Assembly (NCBI GenBank): GCA_036172245.1 | Contig: JAYWIR010000071.1 | Location: forward strand, 124,001 to 188,000 | DNA from: Raillietiella orientalis | Lineage: Eukaryota | DNA length: 64,000 nt | Direction of reading: 5' to 3' | Shown here: piece after piece, positions 38,201 to 50,700 of the stretch | How the letters are laid out: each line of letters starts with the position of its first letter | Numbering within the stretch: position 1 is the first letter of the stretch | Notes under the pieces: generated by a model | What the model was told of the DNA's origin: nothing | Seen by the model: only the letters and a program-made list of their open reading frames with translations | Databases searched by the model: none | Translations under genes and position numbers: made by a program

Positions 38201-41200
38201 CACAGGACCGATCTCGCTTCTGCTTTCCTCCTACCCTTTGAGCTCCTTTGAGACCGAGCCCTCGTTCCGACCCTCTAAAATCGTGCAGTCGATGCATCCG
38301 ACGAAAAGCAATGTGCTCGCTGCCTCCTTTTCCTCGGAACAAGTCCAGCCTGCCATTCACCTGTTGTTCCCCCGACGAGCAGCTGGGGTGGGGCCGTTCC
38401 TTCCTCCTCACCTTAGGCCGCACTCTTCGGAACCGCAGATTCCTCGTACCTCGGATGACTCGCATGGAGGCTGAAAAAAATTCGGCGTGCAGAGGCCTCC
38501 TGGCATGCAGAAGAGCCACCGCGGATTCCCACCATCCAACAAGTCCAGTCGGATTCGGGATGACGGCGAAGACGCGTTCCCGTTTCTGATGATCCTGTAC
38601 ATTAGGAGTCCCGGTCATTCCCTTCCCAGAGCCTCCTGGACAACTCCTCGATTCCGCGCCACTGTCAGAACATCTCACTGGAGAGCGCACCGTGGTGGAG
38701 CTCCCTGCCCCGCTCCAGCTTCACCCCAGTTCCTTCCATGAAGATGTCAGCTTATCCTTCAGGAACCTTGGGGCTTGCGAAAACCTGCACCCACGGAGCT
38801 CTTCCTCCTCGGCGCCGCAAGGCAGACCTTCACGTGGACCTCGCCAACAGGCAGTTCCCGCTGGCGCCGTCGTCAGAGTGATGGAGGGGCAGAGTAGAGA
38901 CTCAACGTCCACATGCTAGCAGAGACCCAGACGGGAGGGGATGGTCCCAGTCCTGACTCCACCGTGCCCGCCCAGTGCCTATTTTCCTACGTGAAAGATG
39001 CATTCCTGGACAGTGCCTCCTTCCTGGTCACACCGAGAATCACTTGCTCCCTCTCCGCCACTCTTCCTTCTTGGCAGTCCCAACGTCCCTAGTGACGGTC
39101 ACTGCCCTCCGCCGGGGAATCGGGGGAGACCGACTGGCGATCCTTTGGCGCCCGGAAAGAACGAACGAACCCCTGAATCCCACGATTCGGGAACACGCAT
39201 CTGATCAACAGCCACGTTCGGCTCCCTGCCCGCAGGCCATCGATACGGTTGAGCGTGCCGCCGCATCCCTGCCAGGCGTTCAACAAGAGCGCCGATCCAG
39301 CGGTGGTGTCGAGGAGCAGGGGGCCGCCTCCCCTCCGGGGAAGCCTGGGTCCTGTTTTCCCGTCCAGGAAAGAGGAGGAGGAGGATGGGCGCAAGCGCAT
39401 GACGAAGAAGCCAACCGGAAGATGGCTATTCGAGTGAATGGGCGCATGGCTACTGCCCGCCAAGGCCACCCTGGCATGATGTCTCCCCATCCCTCCCTCC
39501 AGCCGCCCTGACCTCCCCACGCGGTCCCAAGGGACGCCTCCCTGCCACCTCAACTGCCTTCAGGCCTCGCATGCCCGCTCGCTCGGGAACTCGGGCAACA
39601 TTGCTGTGGTCACCCTGCCCCCATGCCACTCTCGAGACTCCCTGAACCCGCTAGCTCAGTCCGGAGCAGAATGCTACGCATCTGCACCGACCTCAGAGGC
39701 CACCCACTGTGACTTGTTCCATTCCGTTCCAGCTTATGAGTCCTTCCGACCTCTGACCGGCCCGTTGCGCGCGGCGGGGGAGGAAGGGGGTGCAGCAGGA
39801 CGATCCCTTCCCGCGTCAGCGAAAAGCTGCCGACGCGGGCTGGTTGATCGGACGAGGTCCATGGGCCCTGCCCGCGAGATTCGCTCGAACGGACGCGTCC
39901 TCCCGGTCTTCGGTGTGTTCCTCGCCGGAGACGGAAGTTCCCCTGGACTCTCTCATCCGCTCGTCGCCCGGGAACGCGGTGGCGGGTGTTCCCCGGCAGA
40001 TGGGTGAAACGGTGACTCGCCCGCTTTTGCTGACTCTCCAAAGAACGAGATCGTCCAGCAGAGCGAGTAGCAGCGGAACAGAGCGCAGAAGGAGGGCGGG
40101 ACCAGACTTTCCGGAGGAGCCCGGTGGCGGCACCCGAGGGTGACGAAAGGGGAGGGACGCCAAACGCACCCGAACGCACGCGCGCAACGGGAATCCCTGA
40201 GAAGCCCGCGAAGGCGGCGGTCGTCCGAGCAGCGCCCGACGGCTGAGACAAAGATCTAGACAATACGATCCTCGGAAACGGTCTCTGTTCCCTCCCCCCT
40301 CCCTGCCCCGTACCAAAGGCTCCCAAAGACAAGGCGAGCTCCCACCATGAAGGACCCAGCTTCACTGTGGCTCTTGCACCCCTCCCCTCCAAGCAACATT
40401 CCCTGGGCGAGCGAGCCACCGCTATCCGGTCGTCCTGCCCACTCTCGTGCATGCGCCGCCGCAGGGAGTGCCGCCCTCAAATGCTCGCAAACCCTGTTCT
40501 CTCCTCCAGTCCACACGCGCCTGGCTCCCCCACCGCCACCGCCTAAGGGCTCTCCTCGCGAGCGCCCTTTCTGCAGGCCGGAGGCTTCGCGGCCACGACC
40601 CCCCTACCGCCTCACAGGCACCACTTGAGGTCGTGGCTCCCCGCGGCGTCCGCGGAGAGAGTAGGATGTGGCGGGGGATCACTCCGGTCTCCGGGGAGAG
40701 GTGCGCCCGGAAGTCGCGCCAGCCGGGAATCCACGAGGCATCGGTTCAGCGCCGCAACATCGCCGCGCGAGCGAGCGCGCAGGTGCTGGGTGCCGACAGA
40801 TACGACCGGAAGGGAGAGGGAAGGAAATCCGAAAGGAAACAGCAGCGACGACCCGAAACCTGAACGAATCACAGATCAACGGAGCGGAGCGCGCTTCCAT
40901 GGAACAGCTTCCTCGGAAGGAAGGGATGGGAACAGGGAGCGCCTGGCAACGACTCGCGGCGGAGAATGCATCGGACGAGGAACATCGCAAGGATCGCCCG
41001 GAGCCAGGAGGGCGGCGGAGCACGAACTCCGACCGAGGCTCGCGCAAGCCCCACACAAACTGTAGCAGGCAACGCTTCGCGGAGGCGCCTCCATCTACGA
41101 AGCGCACCTGAAACCAGCCCGCCTCACCGGCCGAGGGCGCATTCGCGAGGACCCCGGACGTACGGCTCCCACAGCCACGTTTAGAAACGTAGCTTCCCGA

Positions 41201-44193
41201 AGCCGCGAAGCGATGCCCTTTCTCCCCGCCCCCTCGCGATTTGCCGGTCGGCGTAGGGTAGGCGTCAGCTTAGAGGAAGTGACGTTCGAAGCGACATGTG
41301 ATGATGAGCACTCGGAGGCGCACCGCAATTCAGGAAGGTCAACAGATTCCCCACGGGCTGTCCAGAGTGCTCGCATGTTCATCCCGGTGACTCGCGAGGG
41401 TGAACAGGTGTGCACTAGGGGATGAGACTTGAAGGCGCACACAGCAAACGCGGGCACCCTAAGGGTTCCCGGGGACAAGCAAAAAACCAGGAGGTCCTTT
41501 CGCTGGTGCGAGTGCGCATGCGTTCGGGCTGCTGCTCCTCCTCAAGCTGCGGTTCACCGAGGGAAGGGGACGCGCCTGCACACCAAAAGGCTCGCGCGGG
41601 GACTGTTCCCCGGTTCGAAAAAAAAAACGCATGGGAATTCCCGGTGAAGGCCGCACCCAGGCGCGAGTCCGGCGGCAGAGCGCCCGCGAAACAGGTCACT
41701 CACAGCACTTACAGAAGTGGCGGCGGACGGGCCGAGGGACGTCGCGTTGCAGGGTTACGCTGCTCTCGGGAGAACGGTCCGCCTCCCCCTCCCTGGACGA
41801 AGACGCTCTGGACCACAGAGCCGGACCCCGACCCAGAACCGGACCGGCGGCTGAGCGCGCGCATTCTTCGGCCGGGGGCACGAGACGAAGGGTGCCAGGC
41901 TCACGCACTACCGATCCTCCTCTCACTCGTTCCCTCGACGACATCGGTGCGGCTCTTCAGGCAGCTACGGGGTGTTGTGACTCCTGGACAAGTGTCGCAA
42001 CGCGAGACGATGCCCGTCCCTTCGGACTCACGGTCATATGTGCACGTCACGCCCATGACCTCTCGACCCGGAAGAGGAGACGGTCGGCGTGTGAGAGCTC
42101 CCTGCACGACAAACAAATAAATAAATAAATCACAAGAAGGGAAACTTCCCGGGAACATCGGCGTTTCCGTGGATCTCCGTGGAGGGTCTCCTGTCCACCG
42201 TCGGGTCGCGGCAGCGCAGCATTGCACTGTGTGCGCGCCTTCCGGCATAGAAGATGGGCCGACGGGGCTTTCGGAGGAAACGAGGATATGTGACAAGCCC
42301 TCGCACGGGCTCGTCCTCTTCTGGTGGTTCTGACTGCTGCTTCCGGAATTCCTCCGGGACTAACCATGCGTTTATCGAAGCCCATGCCGGAAACGCCAGT
42401 GGCAGCACGCACCTCGTTCCCTGGGAGATGGCTTCGGGGACTGAGCAGGACCGCTGCGCAGTTCCAGCCACGGGGAGACGCCCTGTGAGGGCCGCCCCGC
42501 CGGTGCGACGGGGAAAACGGCACCAGCTTCCCGTTCTCCGTCTACCTTCGTGCGCGAGCAGTCCGCGCGGCTCCTCGGAGAGGTGCTGCAGATTCGGAGG
42601 CAGGCGGCAGTCCTCCCTGCGCGAGTCAGCTCGCGCATCCTTTCACGGACGTAACGGCGAATCTGGGCATCGGCAGCACGTCGCTTCTGGTCCCACACTT
42701 AGCCCTACCAAGCAGGTATCCCCCCCCCCGCCCGGAGTGATCTACATTTTCCAGCGGGAAAGGCGCTCCGGCCCCCGCATTTGGAACGCGACCAGAATCC
42801 TCGGGGAACACACAGCTCTTCGGCGCGGAAGATGCCCAGTCCAAAAGAAAAGGAAGACAGAAAGTAAGCATTACTTCGACCTCGCGCTGGGGGCACGCCT
42901 TGCGAGTTAAGTCTGGCGGTGCAAGAGGGCGTCGGCGTCGTCGCGGGTGGTGCGCGCATTCTTCGCGTCATCCGGATCGTGTCGCAACAGCACCCATAAG
43001 GACGGCACAAAAAGTGCAGCTGAGTGTGCAGCAGCACCGCGCGCCGACACGGTCACGCGCAGGCAAGCAGTTCGCGTAATCTCGCGAGCGTGCGCGCCTC
43101 GCTGAGACGCAGGCGTCGGTGCTTGCTTGCACACCGAATGCCAGCAAGGAGTCCCACGGAAGAGCCGTCGCTCATCCGACAACCCCGCGCCGTCCGCGCT
43201 CGCTCGCTCCGCGCAGGCATGGGTCGGCGCAAACACCGGAACAAGTGAGACTGCACCCCACCAGTTGGAAAAGGGGGAAAAAAAAAAGGCACGCAGGCAG
43301 AGGGCATGCAAACCGAAGACACGACCGAATAAGAAACTAAGAATCCCTTCATCTCGGTAGCCAAACAGAGCGACGGGGTCTCGTGGAGCGAGGCACCTCC
43401 TCCACTTCCCTCCCTCCCTTTGCGTCTCTTCGGATGCTGAGACTGAGGCAACACGCACTTCCCGTTCCGTTTCGCCAGCCCAGGAGCTCCTTCCTTCCCA
43501 CCGAACGAATACCACCCCGAACCGCTATCTGGGCTCCCCAATTCGCGCGCAATCAGACAGCACATTTGCAATTTCCATCCGCACTCGTGTTCTCGCCGCC
43601 CTATGTAACTGTAACTAAGACATCTCTCTTCGTACCACAGGATTTCGGAAATGGCACTACGAGGAGAACGGGATGCAGATTCATGATTTATTATTGTTGT
43701 CTACGGGGTCCATGCCTGGGAGCGATTCGCAAAGAGAACAAAGGAAAAGAATGAAACGACAAAGGTGAAGAATGCCAAGTGCACATTCCAACTACTGGAA
43801 ATGTGTTTACGGGGAATGGATCTCCGCATGTTTCTGAATGATACAAAATGCACCCCTATTACTCTCAGAAACATTTTTATTAAAAATTACATAAGGTATC
43901 ATCACACCACCTACTGTGAGTTGAGCGAGTATTACATGAAGTCTTCATAAGTTCTTTAAACAGCCTTTGTGTAAATGAATATCGAAAAATCTCCATACAT
44001 GATGACACAAAGCGGGAAACTGTAAATATTAACAAGCTTTTGGGGGTATGATATAAATTTTTTAAAAATGGGCACAATATAAAAAGATAGTTACAAATTT
44101 CTTCAAGGTAACTACGTCATAACACAAGCCTTTCGGCTAAGTAGCTACTCTCTTGTATACCATGTCTACAATAACTACTAGAAGTCTCTGTAA

Positions 44194-47129
44194 TTAAGCA
44201 AAAAATTCTCTGTGACGAGGAGCGTACGAATTTTCTCCAGGTCCTCGCTTCGGTTCATAAAGAGCGTATGAACCTTCGTCCTTCTTTCGCATTCTATATA
44301 CGATGTACATAACAATAAGAATGGCACACAGAAGACCAACAACAGCACCTCCAATAACAGCTACAATAAACGGATAACACATACACCAAAAAAAGAAAAA
44401 TCTCGTACCCGCTAGAAAACCTGGTTGTGCAAAAAAGGATGTGGGCCTATCACTGCCCTTATGTCCGACTACGTGCACATCAGGTGAAGAATCGGGATTT
44501 ACATTTATTATTCCGAATCTGGTTGTATTTTCATTAATTCTCATCCCTTCATCTGGATGAACCGGAATCATTTCTTCACCAATCTGTGGATGGACAAATG
44601 AAAGTAGTAACAGGAAATGCTTGCGTTTCGAAGAAGCATGGTGCAAGGATACAATGGCTACAACCGCAGTTCTTCAAAATTGACCTCAACCCACCCAATT
44701 TCCAAGCACTGCTACAAATTTTCTGATACAAGCACAACAAACAAAAAAATTACAACACAAATGACATCGTTGCGGCGACGAATCCGAAAATTACTTCCCC
44801 TCACCATTGGGTGAAAGTATGCATTTCTCTGCGAAAATGAGCTCTTGGGCACTACCAACAGCTTTATATTTTAATGGTTACCAACAGCACACTATTTACT
44901 ATGTCCAAAAGTCTTCAAGAAAATTTAAGAATTCACGATACGCTTACATTCATCTAACAATTCCAATTTCACAATAACCAAAATCAAATCAATTCACATT
45001 TCTTCCTTCTTGATGAAACAACGGAGAAATGAAATGCAGATGTTTCTGTATGACTACTTCTGAGTACTAATTTAATTATCATTTTCGGTGAATACAGTTC
45101 TGGTGGGTAAATCTTCATTGAAATATCGTATATATGTATCATAATCTGCACAAAGCATTACAATAGAATACTGTCATTTTTCAATACACATTAGATGAGT
45201 ACTTGGAAGTGCACCACAAGTTAGGGAAGTAAGCAAAAGCAAGCATCATCAACTGTAAAAATATGACAGGCACATCAACAACTGTAAGTAATGCATTCAA
45301 GACTTTGGATTTATAAACAATAAGTGACCATACTTTTGCTGAAGTAAAACTTACAGTGGATATGTGGACAAACACAACAATCTGGATGCATAAACTCACC
45401 CCATACACATCAAATAATTAGACACATACGAAAGCAACTTACTTTCTAATAAAGTCAAACATACCTCGAAATTTAAATCATAATCTTTATGAGTAAGATT
45501 GGTTCTTGGATAAACACTTTCTTTGGTAGGTTTTCTGGAGCTTATCAAAGGTCCCTCTACAAAATTGTAAAGTTAATCTTCAACGATAACACTAGTGCAT
45601 GAGCACCAACTCACCTCCAGATCCAGCAAAATCATCATCGAAATTGTCAGGATAATCAAAGGATTTATGGCTATGTAAATCTTCATCATCTGGGGCATAG
45701 CCACTACCAATTTCTTCCTTAATATGGGATGAGGCAACATGCTCAATCTCTTCATCACCTGAACCCTCTTCGTTCAATAACAGATCACTTTTCGATTTTA
45801 CATTTTCAACCTGATCAGAAGTTGATAATAAGCTTTTGAAACACAATCAATGCAAAAAAAAATCCTGTGAAAATTTGGGTTAGTATCTACACAAACTCAT
45901 GATGAAATGTAAGCCAGAAAACAAAATTGCCAAAATTATTTATAATGAATGCTTTCCATCTAAAAATGGATCTGTTAGAAACTAATGCAACCAAGAATAC
46001 AGTTCAGGAAGAAAGTTCTCTGTTGCTCCCTAAAGGTAAACTGGAGTAACATCAAAATAGCATGAAAATACGAACTTTTATACAATACGGCGTCATGAAA
46101 TGAAAACATCCATAAGCAAACTGCACAGAAAATTGGATTTACTGAAATTCTGCTAACTTTTGACCTTCAAGGTGCAACTGGTTTGTACATGTTTTGCAAG
46201 TTCGCATGCAATGTTTTTAAAGACATGACAACGACTTATGGTCTGAAATATAATTCATAAAGAGATTCACGCTATTTTGAAGAACTGCTTTTTGCCTCTT
46301 TGATTTGCATTTGGGTGCTTCATGTCGTAAAAATGATTCATTTTCTGGGGTTAATTTAATTCCTTTGAATAAACCAAATGCAACCCACATCAAAAGATGA
46401 TATTTTTTTTTTCATTTTAGGATTATTAACTAATTCCAACTAACAGAAACCTTAAAAGCATAATGTCCATGCAGGAATAAAGGGTTAAATTTGACAACAA
46501 ACGGGTTCCAATTTGCATGAATAATCAAAAACTTCGGTATAATAAAAATAACGAATGAAACGTCGTTTAATTTCGTCATATTTGAGAATTAAATCGTGCA
46601 AAAAAAAAAAACGGCCGTGTTTCACGGTTGTAAACTACGAAATGCAACTGCAAACGCTTTTTGAAAGCTTCACCTGATCTGTGATATCTGTATGGATTCC
46701 AGGTCTTTCCAATTCACCGTCTGTTACATGTAGAAATAATCATTAGTGCACGTGTCACATATGTGCCTGATTGGTTACACTAACCGTTTATTATCTGTGG
46801 TTGTGATATGCATTTTCTAAGGGCATGTTCAGTGGACAGTATTTAGTGTGAGCCTCTGTACACCTAGTACGCTATGAGGAAAATGTCCCAACAATTAAAA
46901 AAACTAGTTATGGAAAGCATAAATATCGAGTCTGGTGCACTTATTTAAAAAAAAAAAACGTGCACCTACCTACACTGAATTGTTTACATGTTCAAGTGGG
47001 CAGAATCGAGATTCAGTGGCTTAAAACAACCAACATAACACATACCTGCACGTTTCCCTTTTGCGTCAAACCATAATCACTCAGAACAAAAACGACTAAT
47101 AATAATGCTTTTCTAATATGCATCACCAT
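44194..47129 (-). CDS. SDC: Syndecan; exons 47129-47046, 45810-45615, 45556-45465, 44583-44409, 44360-44194
   Basis: Signal-peptide-like MVMHIRKALLLVVFVLS, acidic Ser-Gly GAG sites (EEGSGDEE, EIGSGY, FAGSGE), TM AVIGGAVVGLLCAILIVMYIVY, cytoplasmic RMRKKDEGSYAL and C-terminal EFFA. Splice phases are consistent. Confidence 0.93.
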
Positions 47130-47734
47130 GCATTACGGGAACTTGTTTATTTAGTTTCGACCATCAGGAACATCACACACACACCTGACGAAGCGCCATT
47201 ACTTCACTAAATTCCTTCACAAATTCAATCCGATAAAAGCAAATAAAATTGCGCATCACGTGCTCCATGGCAACCTTTCTCCCACAGAATATCTGGGAAA
47301 CAGAACTCCGAATTCTCGGCATCTGATTTTCTAAAGGCCTCGTGCAATGATTCGTATAAGAAATGTGCATGAATTTTTGAAATCGAAATGGTGCTTTTCT
47401 TGAGGCACAGAGAGTATGGGATTCTGGATGTCTCTGACTTCTGCTCCACATACAGTTTCAAAAGAAAGAAATTTTTATTCACAGCCAAAATAGTATGTTG
47501 CTGCAGCCATTTTAGCAAGTCAGCAAGTCGAATTTGCCAAAATCGGAAATTTCTCTTTTCTTGTGGTGCTTTTGTATTTGTGTGGATATGAAAAATGGAC
47601 TGAAAGAGAGAGACTTCAAACTACAAAACGCTTGCATTGAACCAAATCCACCACAAGGAACTACACTTTGATCTTACCCAAAATGCCGAGAAGCAAAGAA
47701 CATCAGAGTGGTTTTTTTCTAGCTTGCAAGCAAA

Positions 47735-47771
47735 CGCTTCTTGTTCCACATGACACGTGGAACAAGAAGCG
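47735..47771. repeat. Inverted repeat with 15-bp perfect arms and 7-nt loop
   Basis: CGCTTCTTGTTCCAC-ATGACAC-GTGGAACAAGAAGCG. Confidence 0.85.
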
Positions 47772-50700
47772 AATGTGGCAAATGAAGGTTTCTTGCTCAA
47801 AAATAGGCTAACATCAAAACTTCGTCCATTCTCATTTCCCTATAGTTGAATAAGAATTTGTATATATAACACGAAGAATGACTCCATTCTCCATATACAA
47901 GTCACTCTAGGAAACAAAAATAGCGACTCGATTCTTGGGAGAGAGTGCTTCCTAGAGCAGATGTCAAGTAGTTCATTTTGAATATACAGAGTATCCTTCA
48001 CTCAATCAAAGCTACAAATTTTCGGCACCAAAGTTACCAGATTGAAGATCTCCTTTTGAATATTGATCCGATCTCAGTGCACTATCATTCAATCCCAGGG
48101 GAAAGAACTTAAATGTTTTATCGGCTATCATTTCGTGCTCCGAACATATGGCACCACTTGGAGAATGAGCATGGGAAAGCAAATCACACAAACCATTGAC
48201 GAGCATGCGGAGTGGCATCACAATATCAACATAACAGTCTGACGAGGTATAATGGAGATGGAAATAAGTGGCTCTGAAATTCTTGTAGTAATTCGTACAA
48301 AGTAAAAATCTTTAGCAACTCGCACACGGAGACTATGTTGATATATGTTGGGGTCGCTCATGGGTTTCAAAAATGACACTGTTGTCTGGGGGCGAAGACA
48401 AAGTCAGTCTTCAATGGCTTGCTTTTTCCAGCATAGCGTCGTTCACCTTTCAGAGTAGGGTTTTAGGTTTTCAGTTTCAACGACGAGGTTCCTCCTCTCC
48501 TTGAAGGATCATACACGTTCGCACTGATCAACCATCTGCATCGAAATTCTGAACCGAAAAGGCAAGTTGCAACATCCTTTGCATACGAAAAGCAGAGAGC
48601 AAGGACAAGCGAAAAATAGAAGAGATATCGATCTTTCTTGTGTGCCACGATCTCGGATAAGAGATCAACTAAGGAAGGAATGAGGAGGAGAGGATTGTTC
48701 CTCTTCCGATCCGGAATGGAGAAGGCAGGAGTGATTTCTCAGGAACGACTAGAGGGAACTGCGAGTTCAGCAAAACAGGAATCCAGAGACAACTTCGGCT
48801 GCATATTTGCTCTGAGCGATCAACGAGGGAGCTGACAGAGGGAAGCGGTATGAGAAATACAGTTCGGCCTTTCTCCCTCCCCATCCAAGTACCACCTTGT
48901 GAACAGACTGAAGGAGGCGTCAGCAACTCACAATTGGTTACTTGATCTGACCTTTGCCCCATTCCCAGAAGCGTCCGCGTTTCCATCAGGAGGAACAACG
49001 GGGGGATCTCTAGTCAATGATCTGTAGCATGGGGATCTCCATCCCACGGACATCTTCTTGCCCGCCCCCATGTTCTCGTGCCGTGGAGACATCGTCACGT
49101 GAGCGTACTCTCTTCCCAGCTCGAGAGGTGTGCCTCTACAACACCCGAGGCATGGGATTTTATCCAATGCCTCGGGTGTTGTAAAGAGGCAGAAAGAGCA
49201 CGATAAGAGAGAAGAAATCCCTCTCGAGGGAGTTGTCTTTCGAGCTCTCACTGTGGATCCGGCATCCCCTGAAATGTCCATGGAGGAAGGAAGAGGGTGG
49301 GGAGATGCTGTGTCCCAGGGAGGAAGGCTCACCTTTACTTGCTCCATTTCAGACTCCATTTCACCTGTGGCTCTTTTCTTAGGGTACTCACTTCCCGGCT
49401 TTTTCCTGACCCACTTCATGGCAAGCCTCCTAGAACAGTGCAACCACCATGAACCTCTTCCTCGGTCTTCATTTCTATCGACTGTTGCTGGGCAACGAGG
49501 ACTGCACACCGGTGTTGCCCATGCACATCAAACCTCCGTCATCTTTTCAGCCCGACTGTACGAAAGGGGGGGAACAAGGGACTGCATCTCTTCTTCGAGA
49601 GTCTGAGGAGGATCCCCAAGTCGACAGCAGCTCCAGAGGCAGCCGCTATCGAACTGGAACCGAGTTGGAACCGGCGTCTCTCAGGCATCTCTGTCCAGAC
49701 ACGTACCTATCAGACGCGACTGTCCATCGCCTTTGTTTCTCCAATTTATGTCTCAGAGTGCCATTTCACTGAAGTAAGGGTCGCCCTTGAGAAAGCACAA
49801 TCTTTAGCCCTAAAAGTAGACGACTCTATGGGACGTTTGAGTTCCACCTCTTTGTGAGGTGGAAAGTCGAGAGAGGTAGCCAGAAGCGGAGCTCTCAGAG
49901 AACGTTTCGAAGCTCCATCGCAGCGCCTTTCACGGCTGCAGAAGCCGGTGTGAACGGAAAAAAGGTGGAAAAAGAGGAGGGAAGGGGAGCATTTGCTGCG
50001 ACGCTGACAAAGAGTGAAAAGGGCGGAAGGATACATGGGGACACGGTACCTATTGGACTGAGAGTGGGGAAAAGCCTATCTCATCAGCACCTCCATTGTC
50101 AGGAGTTTGAATATGTATCTTCCTGAGAGGATCGTCAGGACAGAAAGTGTAGATTCCCAATCCTCAGGAGATGCGGCAGCTTATGGCACGCAAAGGTAAC
50201 TGTCGAGGTGGAGACGATAGCATACTTGGTGGTCACGTGTATCTCACCCCGATCCTCTCTCATCCGTGTTTCTCCTTTCGTGCTATCCTCTGAGACTGCT
50301 TCCCTGTGGTCATGTCTGGTACGCCATCGGACTCTGGTTACTCAGATCTGCCAAAGATGCGACCTTCAGCAGCACAAGAGGATTCTTTTCCCAACACCTC
50401 GCCGCGCCATCGGCGATCCAACGACTCTGCTGCCTCCGCTTTCCCCTCTCCATTGTCGTAACATCTTCACCGTCGTCTTGACATCCCGCCAGGGCGTCTA
50501 CATGTTTCCTGCTCTTTTTCCCTACCTCCATGCCTGTAAAACAGTCGAAAGGGAACTGCATTCCCATGAATGCCTAAGGTAGGAAGCACCTATATGCAGA
50601 TAGGGAGACGAATCCCAAGAGCAGATTTCCTAGAATTCCGGAGGTGGCTGCGATTGGATACCGGGCGACCCAACTTTGGGAAAAGTTAGAGAAAAAAGAA

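Noticed and set aside
22900..43600. Dozens of long overlapping ORFs in the GC-rich blocks
   Set aside because: Expected from stop-codon scarcity at high GC. They are low-complexity with no motifs; only the Hippo exons are supported.
44645..44652. GTATCCTT (U12-type donor consensus) on the minus strand in syndecan
   Set aside because: It lies inside an intron already explained by a GTATGT donor at 45464 in the correct phase, and no upstream exon is evident.
48463..48648. Hydrophobic ORF as syndecan signal-peptide exon
   Set aside because: Non-ATG start and no suitable donor; 47046-47129 fits better.
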